From positions 24,275,319 to 24,339,318 of the forward strand of contig OZ037768.1 of the NCBI GenBank assembly GCA_964035545.1: a DNA stretch of 64,000 nucleotides, read 5' to 3'. Of this stretch, positions 1-12,900 are shown one piece after another; the stretch's first letter is position 1, and each line of letters starts with the position of its first letter. The position numbers and the translations under genes were made by a program. This stretch comes from Bugula neritina (lineage: Eukaryota; Animalia; Bryozoa). Under the pieces are notes generated by a model. That model worked only from the letters and a program-made list of their open reading frames with translations. It had not been told where the DNA came from and did no database searches.

Positions 1-236
1 TAGAACTCTTACTTTCTTCTTTACTGGCAGCAAGAACAGGTAACCTGCTGACACATGTCAACTCGCACCAACTCGCTGCTGAAAGACTGGTTTGTGTTCG
101 CAAATCCTTTCAAGTGCACCTTTTTATTTCCCCAGTCATCTCTCGCTCAGCATACACAGTGTGTTGATGTTACAGCGTGACGCTGCCTCAGCTACGTGCT
201 GCCGGGTGTTGACTGCATGTGTCCTGGTGTTGTTAG

Positions 237-3200
237 GTTGATCACGGGAGTTGGTGAGTTTGACTTGAAGGAAGGAGTCAACTCGGGGAGTGAGAAGTCG
301 CCTCCCCCCAACTTCACTCAGCCCGACCCGAACTTAGAGGAGACACCTTTCCTTCTGCTGGACGTGAGAGATGCGGATGAATACAACTTGTGTCACATCA
401 TATCAGGTAGTATGTCACATCATATCAGGTAATGTGTCACATCATATCAGGTAGTGTGTCACATCATATCAGGTAGTGTGTCACATCATATCAGGTAATG
501 TGTCACATCATATCAGGTAATGTGTCACATCATATCAGGTAATGTGTCACATCATATCAGGTAGTGTGTCACATCATATCAGGTAGTGTGTCACATCATA
601 TCAGGTAGTATGTCACATCATATCAGGTAATGTGTCACATCATATCAGGTAGTGTGTCACATCATATCAGGTAGTATGTCACATCATATCAGGTAATGTG
701 TCACATCATATCAGGTAATGTGTCACATCATATCAGGTAGTGTGTCACATCATATCAGGTAGTATGTCACATCATATCAGGTAGTGTGTCACATCATATC
801 AGGTAATGTGTCACATCATATCAGGTAATGTGTCACATCATATCAGGTAATGTGTCACATCACAGCAGGTAGTGTGTCACATCATATCAGGTAGTGTGTC
901 ACATCATATCAGGTAGTGTGTCACATCATATCAGGTAATGTGTCACATCATATCAGGTAATGTGTCACATCATATCAGGTAATGTGTCACATCACAGCAG
1001 GTAGTGTGTCACATCATATCAGGTAGTGTGTCACATATTATATGCTTTGTTATTTGTATATCTTTGTCTAATGTGTTTATTTTTTATACAGCGGAAAACT
1101 TTCCAGTTTCTTTACTGTCAAGGAGCTGTAACTATGAGAGCAAGTCAATGTTGGCCTATGTAAGTATTATACACTGCAGTGTAAGTATTGTACACTGTAG
1201 TGTAAGTATTGTACACTGTAGTGTAAGTATTGTACACTGTAGTATAAGTATTGTACACTGTAGTGTAAGTATTGTACCTTGTAGTGTATGTAAGTATCAT
1301 ACAATACATATTGTAATGTGCTACTTAGACATATACTTATGATTATAGAGCATATACTTATCAAGTATCATTGCTTTGCTGAATTTCTCATTGGATAAAT
1401 CTTCAGCTGTGAGAGTTATCTATTTGTGTTAGTTATGACAACTCCCAGTGCTCATTGTACTAAATACATGACATAGTAACACATGTCACTGTGTCATAGT
1501 GTCACATGTCATAGTGACACATGTCACTGTGTCATAGTGTCACTGTGTGTCATAGTGTCACTGTGTGTCATAGTGCCACTGTGTGTCATAGTGCCACTGT
1601 GTGTCATAGTGTCACTGTGTGTCATAGTGTCACTGTGTCATAGTGTCACTGTGTGTCATAGTGCCACATGATATGGTAACGCAGAGCTGTTATCTGTTTT
1701 ATAGAAGAATCAGCCTGGCAAGATTATCATACTCTACGATGAAGATGAGCGGGTGGCCCCGAAAGCTGCCACAACACTTGTGGAACGAGGCTATGACAAC
1801 TTGTTTCTACTATCTGGTGGTACGTCTCATCTCTGATGGGATACTTCGTTTATAGTAGATGCAGTGTTTCATTGTAACTCATAATTAACACATTTCGCAA
1901 TCACAAATATTTTGATACAATCTTGGAATGAATATGCAACCTTGTCTTCTTTCTTGACTTGAAAAAGCTGTAATAAAATACTGATTATAGATGTATTTAA
2001 GCTGCTAGTCTTGGGTGTGAATATTTGTCATGTCTCTCCCCCTTGCCACTGGCCAACAGTTGCATAACATTGGAGTTGTGATCTCATGTGAATGCCACAG
2101 TGTATTACTATTATATCACCACAGTGTGATGTTGTGTTGCTATGGTTACCAGGTCTAAAGGTCGCAGGTAAACTATACTCTGTTGGGCTAGTTACCGGGA
2201 CTATACCTGCTAGCATTCTGCCCTCTAACAAGGGGCAGCCAGTGGTACCTCCCAGCAAGCAGCTCTTCACCAGGGAGGACATGTTTGCCCTGCTCGACCA
2301 ATCAGAAAGCTCGTACGATACAAAGAGTACAGTAGCTAGTAAGTGTCCTTAGCAACAGGGAGTTGTGTTCTCACAAATATAGCTCTCTGTATATTATACT
2401 AACATTAGCCAGACAGTAAAGGAAGTAGTGGCAGCTCTAGATAGAGAGAGGGGGGGTTACACAATGCCCTGAACAGTGTGTATTTAGATGTACTGCACCT
2501 TATCTCACAGTCTTGCTGTGTCAATTATTATTCTTTTCTGACATTGTGAGAAAGATGGAAAATATGGGAAACTTTTAAACATAATTAATATTCTTGAAAG
2601 AGGAATGCAAGCTTGTTAAGCTAATGAAGACATTTTCTTGCGTAACTCTAACAATATTATAGAATAAGGAATAATAGTAACTGTATTATATTGGAAGGAC
2701 TAAACACAGTGAATAGCGGTGAAGCCAATTCAGCCAAACAACTCAGACTACTGCTTTCATTTCAATCAATAAAATCTTACCTTAAGCTTGTTATTGTGGC
2801 TTCTGGGCAGGGAGGTTTAATTCATGTCCATGTACAAGGTGCAACATCTGTTTTCATATTAGCTGTGATGTAATCTCTTTCTCCCAATGAAAGTAAACAT
2901 CTGTCCTCTACATCTGCCAACTCATTAAATTTATTAGTGTCTAAAAATGGACTTTCAGCCACTTCCTTATTGTAAACAGTTGGTAATCTATTACCTAATA
3001 TCTCACTGTTTTTTAAAATTGTTTTAAGTATTTCTTAATGTTTTGCTTGAATTTATTTCAACAAGTTGGAAAATCTAATTTTGAGACTAGAATAACCTTC
3101 ACCTTGTCATAACCTTGACCTTGTCATCTGCTTGTGTAGGACAGGGCAAAGTACCTGCTATGACAAGTTTGAGCAAGTGTCTGTCACTACTGTGACATCA

Positions 3201-3553
3201 CTTGACACTACCAGCTGTAAGTGACTAGTGTTGACTGAGTCAACTTAGTTGGAGCGATCTTTGCTCTTTGGTAGCCTAGATTGGGCAGAGGTTAGGGGTC
3301 CCGCTGGTTAGATGTAGAGCTGTGGCAGGGAATAGGTTCTAGGAAGTATCACAAGATAACAGGGTTTCATTCCTGACCCAATATTCAAACTTATTACCAG
3401 ACATTGCATATGATATGTTATCCAATGTGATACACTCTCAGTTCTGTGTTTGTAGGCAGAATGAGTAGTAGGGGCGCCCCGTCTACCGCCCGCACCAGCT
3501 CCTCTGTTCTCTCAACCAGCACTCAGGTTCTACACAGGAAACCCTTCAGATAA
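237..3553 (+). CDS. CEP41: Centrosomal protein 41 (rhodanese-like domain), 3' part; 5' exons not resolved or upstream of window
   Basis: Exons 237-406, 1092-1159, 1705-1819, 2153-2338, (optional 3145-3216), 3456-3553 splice GT-AG in frame to [10 protein letters not shown]...[25 protein letters not shown]...[42 protein letters not shown]...KPFR*, matching recalled CEP41 motifs ([28 protein letters not shown]-terminal KPWK). Confidence 0.9.
391..1036 (+). repeat. 22-bp minisatellite spanning a CEP41 exon/donor junction (~29 copies)
   Basis: Unit TGTCACATCATATCAG|GTARTR = last 16 nt of exon + first 6 nt of intron; true donor at 407. Confidence 0.95.
1160..1296 (+). repeat. 21-bp minisatellite starting at a CEP41 donor (~6 copies)
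   Basis: Unit GTAAGTATTGTACACTGTAGT begins exactly at donor GT 1160. Confidence 0.9.
1483..1668 (+). repeat. ~18-bp intronic minisatellite
   Basis: GTCACTGTGTGTCATAGT units ending ~35 nt before acceptor 1704. Confidence 0.85.
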
Positions 3554-3599
3554 TTCACAGTACACAAGTTGACCTGCTGCATTACTTACTTCTGGTTGT

Positions 3600-3693
3600 T
3601 TCTCACTTACTCTTCACTTACTCTTCACTTCTCACTTACTCTTCACTTCTCACTTACTCTTCACTTCTCACTTACTCTTCACTTACTCTTCAC
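3600..3693 (+). repeat. Short tandem repeat in CEP41 3' UTR region
   Basis: CTCACTTACTCTTCACTT-type units. Confidence 0.75.
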
Positions 3694-6600
3694 AACTTGT
3701 ATGTTACCTGATTCGGTCTGCTTCTAGTTAATTAGAAGACCAACTTGATTCCGTCCAGCGATGTCTATAGCTATGTTTGTGTCATCCATGTATCTGCTGT
3801 GCAATTTTATTTTACCAAGTCTAATCAGTCCCCCCCCCTCCCCCTGACGTTATGCTTTACTAGTTGTGTATTACATTCATATGTATATATTATTGCTCCT
3901 GTATGTTCTATGCCTTGAATGAAAATTATTGTATTGAGAAATGTTTGTAAATCTATTTTGTGACATTGACTAGTGATACTCTGTGAATATCTGTACTGAC
4001 AGTTCTTGCTTGCCTTGTTTGTTTATGACTGTTATTTGGTAATGCAGCGTTTTCATGTGGCTGCATTATCATGATGGTTCTTTTCTTTATAAATTCCATG
4101 TTCTTTTTATAATAATAATCAACATATACTATGATATAACTCTGATAATATACTGTAGCTGTTTATCTAGCTCACTCTTATGTAAGTCTATATTACCCTC
4201 TCCTACGTCTCTGTTTGAGTCTGGCAGCCAAATTCATTTCCTCTCTAATAATTGCAGACAGCCGGCTGGATGACTAGCAGTCGAATCGATAACGTTTAGC
4301 CGGCCTGCACACATGTCTTCTTTGTTGAGCTAATGGGTTTGGATATGAAAGACATATAACGCATTCTTGTGGTTACGTAACAGTTCCACTTCAGCCCTCT
4401 TTACACGTACAAGTTGCTCATTAAATGCATTATATAAATTCATTAGCTTACAAGCTTTCCAACAGCCTTAGAAATTCTTGCTAAAATAAAATATAAAGCT
4501 GCTAAAGAGAAATAATGTATAAAATAATATACCTGGCGGTTATGAAAAGGTAATAATTGAAAACTGGTTATTTAATAGAACTGACACGAATCCAATTTCA
4601 TTCTCTACTTATACTGATAACTACCTTGACTAGTTAGAGTCTTATTTGGGTAGGGGTTGTTAAAAGATGCAATAAGGTGAAGAGAAAGTTGGAAACTAGC
4701 TAGTACACCTACTACCAATAATACAATATGTCTGTTGACTAGTGAAAAGTGGCGGGAGCCGTAGGAACCTGCCCATGAAAACACTTGAACAGCTTTTAGA
4801 AAATTAGTCTAAATGAATTATTTATACTTAATGGTTGAGCAGATTAAAAACTCTTTCCCACAGCAAGAGAAGAATCTTCCTTTTCTTATATAGAAGGTTC
4901 TAGTTCTAAATTCTTACTACATTACTAAATTGACAGTAACATGACTGTATACAGGTGTACTACATACATGTAGGTCATGTATTGTTCCCATACAGTTACC
5001 AGTATCAGTTGGTGTTTACAAGTAAAGTGAAAGGATTTCTTGTTTCTAGTTAGCTGATCAATACTTAAACCAGAAAATCAGTGACTTGTGATGTGTATTA
5101 CATGAGTTTAGGTAATAATGACACAGGTAATAATGGCACAAATGGAAAAATAGATAAAAATGGTGCACTGATGTTAAATTTTCCCAAGCCCTCACCTCTA
5201 AACTCAAACCCTAATATTGAAAATGGGCTCTTTTTACCTGTGCCATTTTTACCGGATACTGTATTACACCAAACGTGGCCAGTTTCTGAATAAAAATTGT
5301 ATTAGTAATGTTGGAATAGCATGATTTCTTAGATTAATTTATGTATTTCGGTTTGGGGGGCACTAGGTGAAGGTACATGCAGCCAGTGAAAAGAGTAACA
5401 ATCAAGGATTGGATTTACTTGGAATTAATAAAAATTTCTTCTCTGCCACTTTGAAATCCCTCGAGTCATGTTGGTCACATGACTTAAATCTTGAATCATG
5501 CAACCAGAATGACTTGAAGCAAAAGAAGCACACATCATCTTGACTCATAAGACCTCAGCTACAAACATAACCGGTTGTGGATCACTAACCAATCAGATCT
5601 AAGTATCCCTAAGCTACAGAATATTTCAGAGCTTTGCTATCATTTTTATCTTGATCAGATCAACCAATAGGATCTGCTGTTTCAGAAGTTATTGGACCAA
5701 TGATAATGTATGTAGATATAAAGATTTGAAAGTACCCAACACCAAGTTATGCTAAGAAAGTGAATGCATTTGTAAACCCAGTGCAACCAGTTGGGGATTC
5801 ATCAACCATTCAGATTTATATGATGAAAGATGGAATATATAATAGCTCATAGGTTAACTTGTAACATAGCTTTTATGATGCTAGAAAAAGCTTTGTATAT
5901 ATTATAGCTAATTTTTTTGGCTTTTTTAAAAGCTACATTAGCTTGTGCTAAAACATACACAGGCAAAATTTTATTTTGGCCGTAACATTTATTATTATAT
6001 ATTAAGTTTTATTCATAGCTATTGCACATGTTTAAGTATCATTATTTACAAGTGAATAGTGCACATACAAGCTAGAAGTCGTTGCAGTATGTCTTTGAAA
6101 ATTATATTTTTGTGATCACTGTTTGGGGGAAAAATGTACAACTAATAAAATACAAATATCAGAAAAGTGTATTAATCTATTGCAATAAATATTATCAAAA
6201 TTATAAGTATTAGTATACTAACAGTGATATACAAATATTAAAGCTAGTCTATTAGTTAAATTAATCTCAGTCGAGTAATATTTTCATTTTGTTGAAAGCC
6301 TACTAGTGGGGGAAAATTTCTTATATTAGTTCTGACAAACAAACACCTTGCAAGTACCTGCCTACTGATCTGATAAACACATTCCAAGCACTTGAGACAA
6401 ACACAAACAGACACTTAACAATCTGTTATGTAATCTCTAAACAGAAGCTTTCAAGTACTGGCAGGTGCAAACAAAAGAATAGTGTTACCTCAAGAGTTAA
6501 CATGCTGTTTTCATGATACATTTCAACATAATATAATTATACTAATTAACATTCTGTTTATCACTGCTAACCAAGTCTATATGGAAACATTGCTATGAAA

Positions 6601-7930
6601 TTTTGCTTAAAAATAAAAATTATTATGCAAGATATAATATTAAAACAATACTTTACTATTGTTTAAATTTTGCAAACATTTCGTTTTAGGTTTAAAATTA
6701 GCAAAATCAAAAGTGCAAACAGATGAAAAAAAAAATTACAAAAACAAATACATGCAGATAGACATTGAATATATACCTTCAGAGTTACCCTAAGACTAAG
6801 AGTGTGTCTGAATATAATGCAGAGGCAGCGTTTGAACCCGACAGCTTTTTGATTATTACTCAAAAAGTTGAATACAAGCACACATTATGAGCAACAATCA
6901 AAACACTGCATTCAGGAACTGTTAGCTGATGGAGAAAATCCTCAGACACTTTTCTAGATGAAGTTTCTATAAACCAACTTGCAAACCTTGTGCCTCAGCA
7001 TCTCTTAGTGCTTCTTCAACTCCTTTGACACACATCTTTTATACGAAATAGCCAAAACTAATTATTTTAATTCAATGCTTGGAACAATGGGTAGCCAATA
7101 GCTGACCAGATAGCCAGTGGACAAGCTGACCAATGCCTGGCTTACACAGCTGCACCGTTATAGCTTATGGCATACTTGTATTATCCATAGAAGCAAAGTT
7201 TGAATGAACTGAGAGTGGGTTACGTAACTGGTTGTTTACTGCTTTTAGTTGAGAATAGTTTACGTTGAAATATTGATTCATTTGTCCCTCAACCTGCATT
7301 ACTAAATGAAAAATGTAATTTACTGTAGTAGTAGTAGTAGTAATATTTTATAAAACTGTCTAGTTTTCAGTTTTCAGCCCATAGACTATATTTTATTGAT
7401 TAACTCAAAAAGGGGAAAATTTCTTTCTCAGACATGTTCGAGTGGCAAAGCTGTTGATATTTGATGTTTTCAAATACTAGACTTTTCTTCAATACTCCCT
7501 GGTTGTAACTATGTGCCATTTTGACCCAAGTATTTAAATATAATGCACACCTGGTGTGTAGAAGTTTGGGCGATGCATAATTTAAAAATATAGACTGTAG
7601 TTTTGATATCAAAATGACAATTACAATGGTTACACCTCAAACATGAGCTCCAAACAGTTAAAGCTAAGATAAAATGGTAACAGGAATAATACTTAAACAA
7701 AACTATACACTAAAATATCATGGAAAATGGAATAAAACTTCTGGTCCATGTAATAAACCTTTTGACTTTATTGTATTTATTATATTGCATTTTGCATGTA
7801 TTTTCAATCCTTTTGTTTTGAAATATTAATTTTATATTACAACACACTGCAAGTATTTACATGGTTGTTTAAATCTTTGTATACTTTTAGTCAGAAAAGG
7901 GAACTTTATGGTTGTACCTGGGGAATACCT

Positions 7931-8225
7931 ATGATAATAGTTTGTAATATATATGATGATAGTTTGTAATATATATGATGATAGTTTGTAATATATATGA
8001 TAATAGTTTGTAATATATATGATAATAGTTTGTAATATATATGATAATAGTTTGTAATATATATGATAATAGTTTGTAATATATATGATAATAGTTTGTA
8101 ATATATATGATAATAGTTTGTAATATATATGATAATAGTTTGTAGTATATATGATAATAGTTTGTAATATATATGATAATAGTTGTGAGTAATATATATG
8201 GTAATAGTTTGTAATATATATGATA
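7931..8225. repeat. 22-bp minisatellite (~13 copies)
   Basis: ATGATAATAGTTTGTAATATAT units. Confidence 0.9.
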
Positions 8226-9943
8226 TAGTAGTTTGGGTTGTATGGATACATTTGCTTGTTCATTTATAAAACTGAAATTGGTGGTTTCAGTTTGAGTGGA
8301 AATGCTGTAGAGTAGACAACTTCTGCATTTCTTTCAAGTCCAATAAAAATTATTAGAAATTGAATTTAATTTATAAAACAAATATAAAACCATAAGACAA
8401 AAACATAACACTGTGTATAATATTATATCATCAAATAAATATGCCATTTACTGTCCATAGCTCATTAAACTGCACATTGTCCAGATACAGGCCTAGTATT
8501 TGATGTAGAGGAGGTAAATTGTATAGCTCTGTTTTGTCTTAAAGACTGAGAACCTATGTTGGATATATAACAATTTGAGGCTGTGTGTATGACTGCCGCA
8601 GGAGCTTTTTGATTGTCTGAGGAAAGCTTTTTGTAAAAGTTTTTGCAATAGCGTTTTACTGGTGGCTTTTGTTTAATGAGTCAGTGTAGCTCAATTTTTC
8701 TCTTGTTAAAGATGCAGGCAACTTAAACTTTACTGTCCAAATAATTGTAATATAATATATTTGATTTTGCTATGAATTGAGTGTTAGTCTAGAGATTTAG
8801 CTTTAGTGTGTGCTATATGAGGCTGGTGAAACACTCCCCCCCTTCCTGCAGCAGGATTAATGTTTACCCTCTACTGTCATCAAAGTTCTAGCAAATTTTC
8901 ACTGGTAATTTATAGCTAGAAACTTAAACATAGTCCAGAGTGAACAGAATATCTTGATACTGCGAATAGATTCTCTTAGTTATTGTAGCGAATTAGCTGT
9001 AAAATACTGTTACTGTATATTATATAGATATTTTAAAAGTAGAGTACAACTCCTAATATACTCTGAAAAATATGTTTGTGAAATTCTTTGAAGGTTAAGT
9101 AACAGGTTATACAAATAAACGCAAGCCTGTTTATAATATAAAATAATATAAATTTATGGATACGTTTTAATGAAAATATAAGCTATAAACTTTTTAATTG
9201 AAACTATGTATTACACATCATGTTCTTGAAAAGCTAGACAAAATTGCATTCCATTATATCAAGTTAACAATGAATAATTGAAATTCTGCACAATTATAAT
9301 AAAGACCAAAAAAATACTTTTAGACTATGAGACATTTACGCAGAAACTAACATTTTTTCTAATGGTACTGGACCTATCGGTATTGTAATATTATACGTGG
9401 AGATGTTGCTGTTATTAATCAAGTGGAATGAATCGTAACTGTGAAGTGTATGAAAGATAGCTGTTCAAATTCTAGGACATATCAGTTTATATAACTTTGC
9501 TTCATTATTATTATAAGCATATAGTTATAATAAGTGCTGTTGCCATACACTTACATTAGTTAGTTATTATTTCATACAAATGTATATAAAACTATATAAT
9601 ATTATCTGTCATTGTGGTGATACAACATTATATTTGTGAAATATTGCAATTATTAAAGAGTTATAATCATTATTTCTGAAGTTTTAACAACTACAGTGAT
9701 GATGTTTTTTGTTTTCTAAAAGAATATTAAAATTTATACAAATGCGGCGAAGTTTATTCGGAGTTGTCTACTATGAAGTAAAGTTACGTCACAAGTAGAC
9801 TATAACATCAACATTGCGTTGCCCCATACTGACTCATTAATAAATAATTCAACCAAGTCTAATCGAGGGAAAGTAATAAATTATTGTTAATTTTTGGCTT
9901 ATTTTGAGCCAGCCTCTTGTAATTCTGAATTTAAATATTTAAA

Positions 9944-12900
9944 ATGGATAGCGAAGAAGAAATGTATGATGAATCTGAAGAGGAGGAGGTTAGTGATGAT
10001 GATCATAATATGGTTATGGAACCTGAAGTTAGCAGTACTACGGCCACTTACGATAGCCAGGATGAAACCTATCCACACGAAGTCCTCTCACCTGAAATGA
10101 TTGTTCAACATATGATTGACTGTATTAAAGACGTCAATACTATTGTAGAGGTATTACTATTATTTTTGCATATTGTTTTTAATAGGACTTATATCTCATC
10201 TATGATAATCATAGTGAGTAACTTAAATTTTGTTGTTGGAACTTGGTTCAACTCCAAGTTCAAGCTGAGATCTTGATTTTAGTAGTTACAACAACTGAAC
10301 ACGTTAATTCACCTCTAATATCAAGTTATAGACTGGAATTCATTATAATAAAGTGATTTTATGTTGCTATTTTAGTTTACATTTATTGTTGATTAAAAAT
10401 AATTATTATTTAAGAAGTCCTACATTTTAAAGGCTGTTTTAACAATGCTTGCAGTCAGTGCGAGTGTCACTATGAGATGACCATCGAAATCGATTTCGAT
10501 ATCGTACTAATACTAATATAGATGCACTCCCTTACTCTTAGCTATATTTTTCACAAGAGATGAAAGTGATTAAAACATTATTGACTGGTTACAATTAATT
10601 AAAAGTAATATTTTCATTTTGTTGTATGAATTTTATTAGAAATCCAGATTGGTAATCCCCCACTCTCTATTCAATTCAATGGCAAACTTAATTTGCAATG
10701 CAAACTATTTACAATTAATAAACAAATACACATTCAATTCACTGTTGATAGATTTTAATGAATATAACCAGAATGTAATGAATGCTAAGTGTATGAAGCT
10801 CTAAGCTTCTATAGTTTGAGCTTATTATGTTGCATTCTGTTGCTAACAACACCAGGCTAAACCCCAGTTCAGATTATAAAAGTTGGTGTTTTTAATAGAA
10901 ACATTTATGTTCTGTTTTGGACTAAACTTTTTATTCATAGATTTCAAATCTCTCAGCGCCAAAGTTGAGATTTATGTATTAGTTGAGAGTTGAGGAGTGA
11001 ACAACCCTCAGACTAGTCAGTTATTAGATCTGATTGTGTGCTGCAGTTACCCGCCACAATCACTAGGATTCTACTCAACCATTTCAAGTGGGACAAGGAG
11101 AAGCTGATAGAGAAGTACTATGATGGTGACCAGGAGAAGCTGTTTGCTGAAGCTCATATCATAAGTCCTTCTAGAAGGGGCCAAGCTTCTGGTTAGTCTA
11201 ATCAGTATTTTGTTTTATTCTGATCTTTCAGAGGTGTTCACTACTAGAGCTATTGTCTTCCTTGCAACGAATGGCTTTAGTAGAATTCACTGTACCTAAA
11301 CTGCTTTACCTTGATAAGAATTAAGCAAGTATTCTTTGTTCTAAATTATTAGCCATCATGTTGATGTACAAGGCTGCAGTAGGTAGAAGATATTCTGACA
11401 CATAGCATTTCACACAGCAGTTTTCATTGCTGTGGTGAATATCTGTGGCTACTTTCAGGCTCCTCCAATCAAGTGTCGGTCTCCTCAACAACTCGAAGTA
11501 CCAGAAGCAGAGCCGCTGCCACAGTCAGGTCCGCTGACTGTGAAATATGTTTCTCAACGCTGCCGACCACGGTAAGCAGGGAACACTACTCACTCACACT
11601 ACTCATTAACTACTCACTCAATACTCACTCACTCAGTCTCATTCATTACTCAGTCACTCACTCTCTAATCACTCACTACTATAACTTATACTCTTATGTT
11701 TAAGTACATTACACAGTATAGCACATGGTTGATATATGATATTAGTCATCATATTGTTTAACATTATCACTGCACTGCACTATGTTATGAAGGTAATGAC
11801 AGGCTTAGAATGTGGACATCTCTTCTGTGAACAATGTTGGAGCATGTACCTCACCAGCAAGATATTACACGAGGGGATCAGTGAGACCATTTCCTGTCCG
11901 GCGCACGTGTGCGGCATATTGGTGGACGACGCCACCGTCATGTAAGTTCCACTCGCGATCTAATACGAGTAGCTTGCTATCAGTAGAATATGTGCTTTAA
12001 AAAGTTGTTCTCAAATGCATGAAATGGAATTGCTGTTGATGATGTAACTGATTGTTTTACACTTTTCTATTGGCTAAATCAATAAATCAATAGTATTGTA
12101 AGCATCATTATAAAGATAGCTGCAAACTAATTGCATTTAGATTTATACTCTCCAGATCATGTTGTGATTATGTATGAATATACGACACAAATTGTCTGCT
12201 CTTTGTTTTAGGAGGCTGGTTAGAGACCAAAGAGTAAGACTGAAATATCAACATTTAATCACAAACAGTTTTGTAGAGGTAAGTGTTGAAAGTGATTCCT
12301 CTTTTTTCCACGCAATGAAATATGCTGTTATTGCTGTATGATCAACTTTTATAAGAATATGATAGTAAACTTGGAGTTATCTCCTTGTTTGGGTTAAATT
12401 TTGGAATTGTTTCCTCTCTCACAACTGTTGTACATGTATTATTTGTGATAAAGACAACTAGCACATAATGGTTTCTTATAGTAGATGTTTTAGATAACAG
12501 ATATAATAGATAATAAATTATTTAAATAATATACTTTGAGTTCATCATTTTGAAGATTGACCGTAATATATTAATACTTGAATATTTCATTTAGTTTTCA
12601 CCATTTATTCATAAAAACTTTAAAAACCAAATTATAAAGGTTCTGATTTATATTATGTTTGTTATCAAGAGTGACATTTTAAACTGTAATACACTGTAGT
12701 ACACACTACTGTAAAGTGTTTGCTGTAGTTACACATGTTTGCTGTAGTTACACATGTTTACTGTAGCTACACATGTTTGCTGTAGCTACACATGTTTACT
12801 GTAGTTACACATGTTTACTGTAGTGTAACAGACTACTACGCTGGTGTCCTGCTGCCGACTGTGGTAGAGCTATCAGAGTCAACTACGTGGACAGTAAACC

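Noticed and set aside
4000-9800. Protein-coding gene between CEP41 and ARIH1
   Set aside because: Only short ORFs without recognisable motifs or a consistent exon chain.
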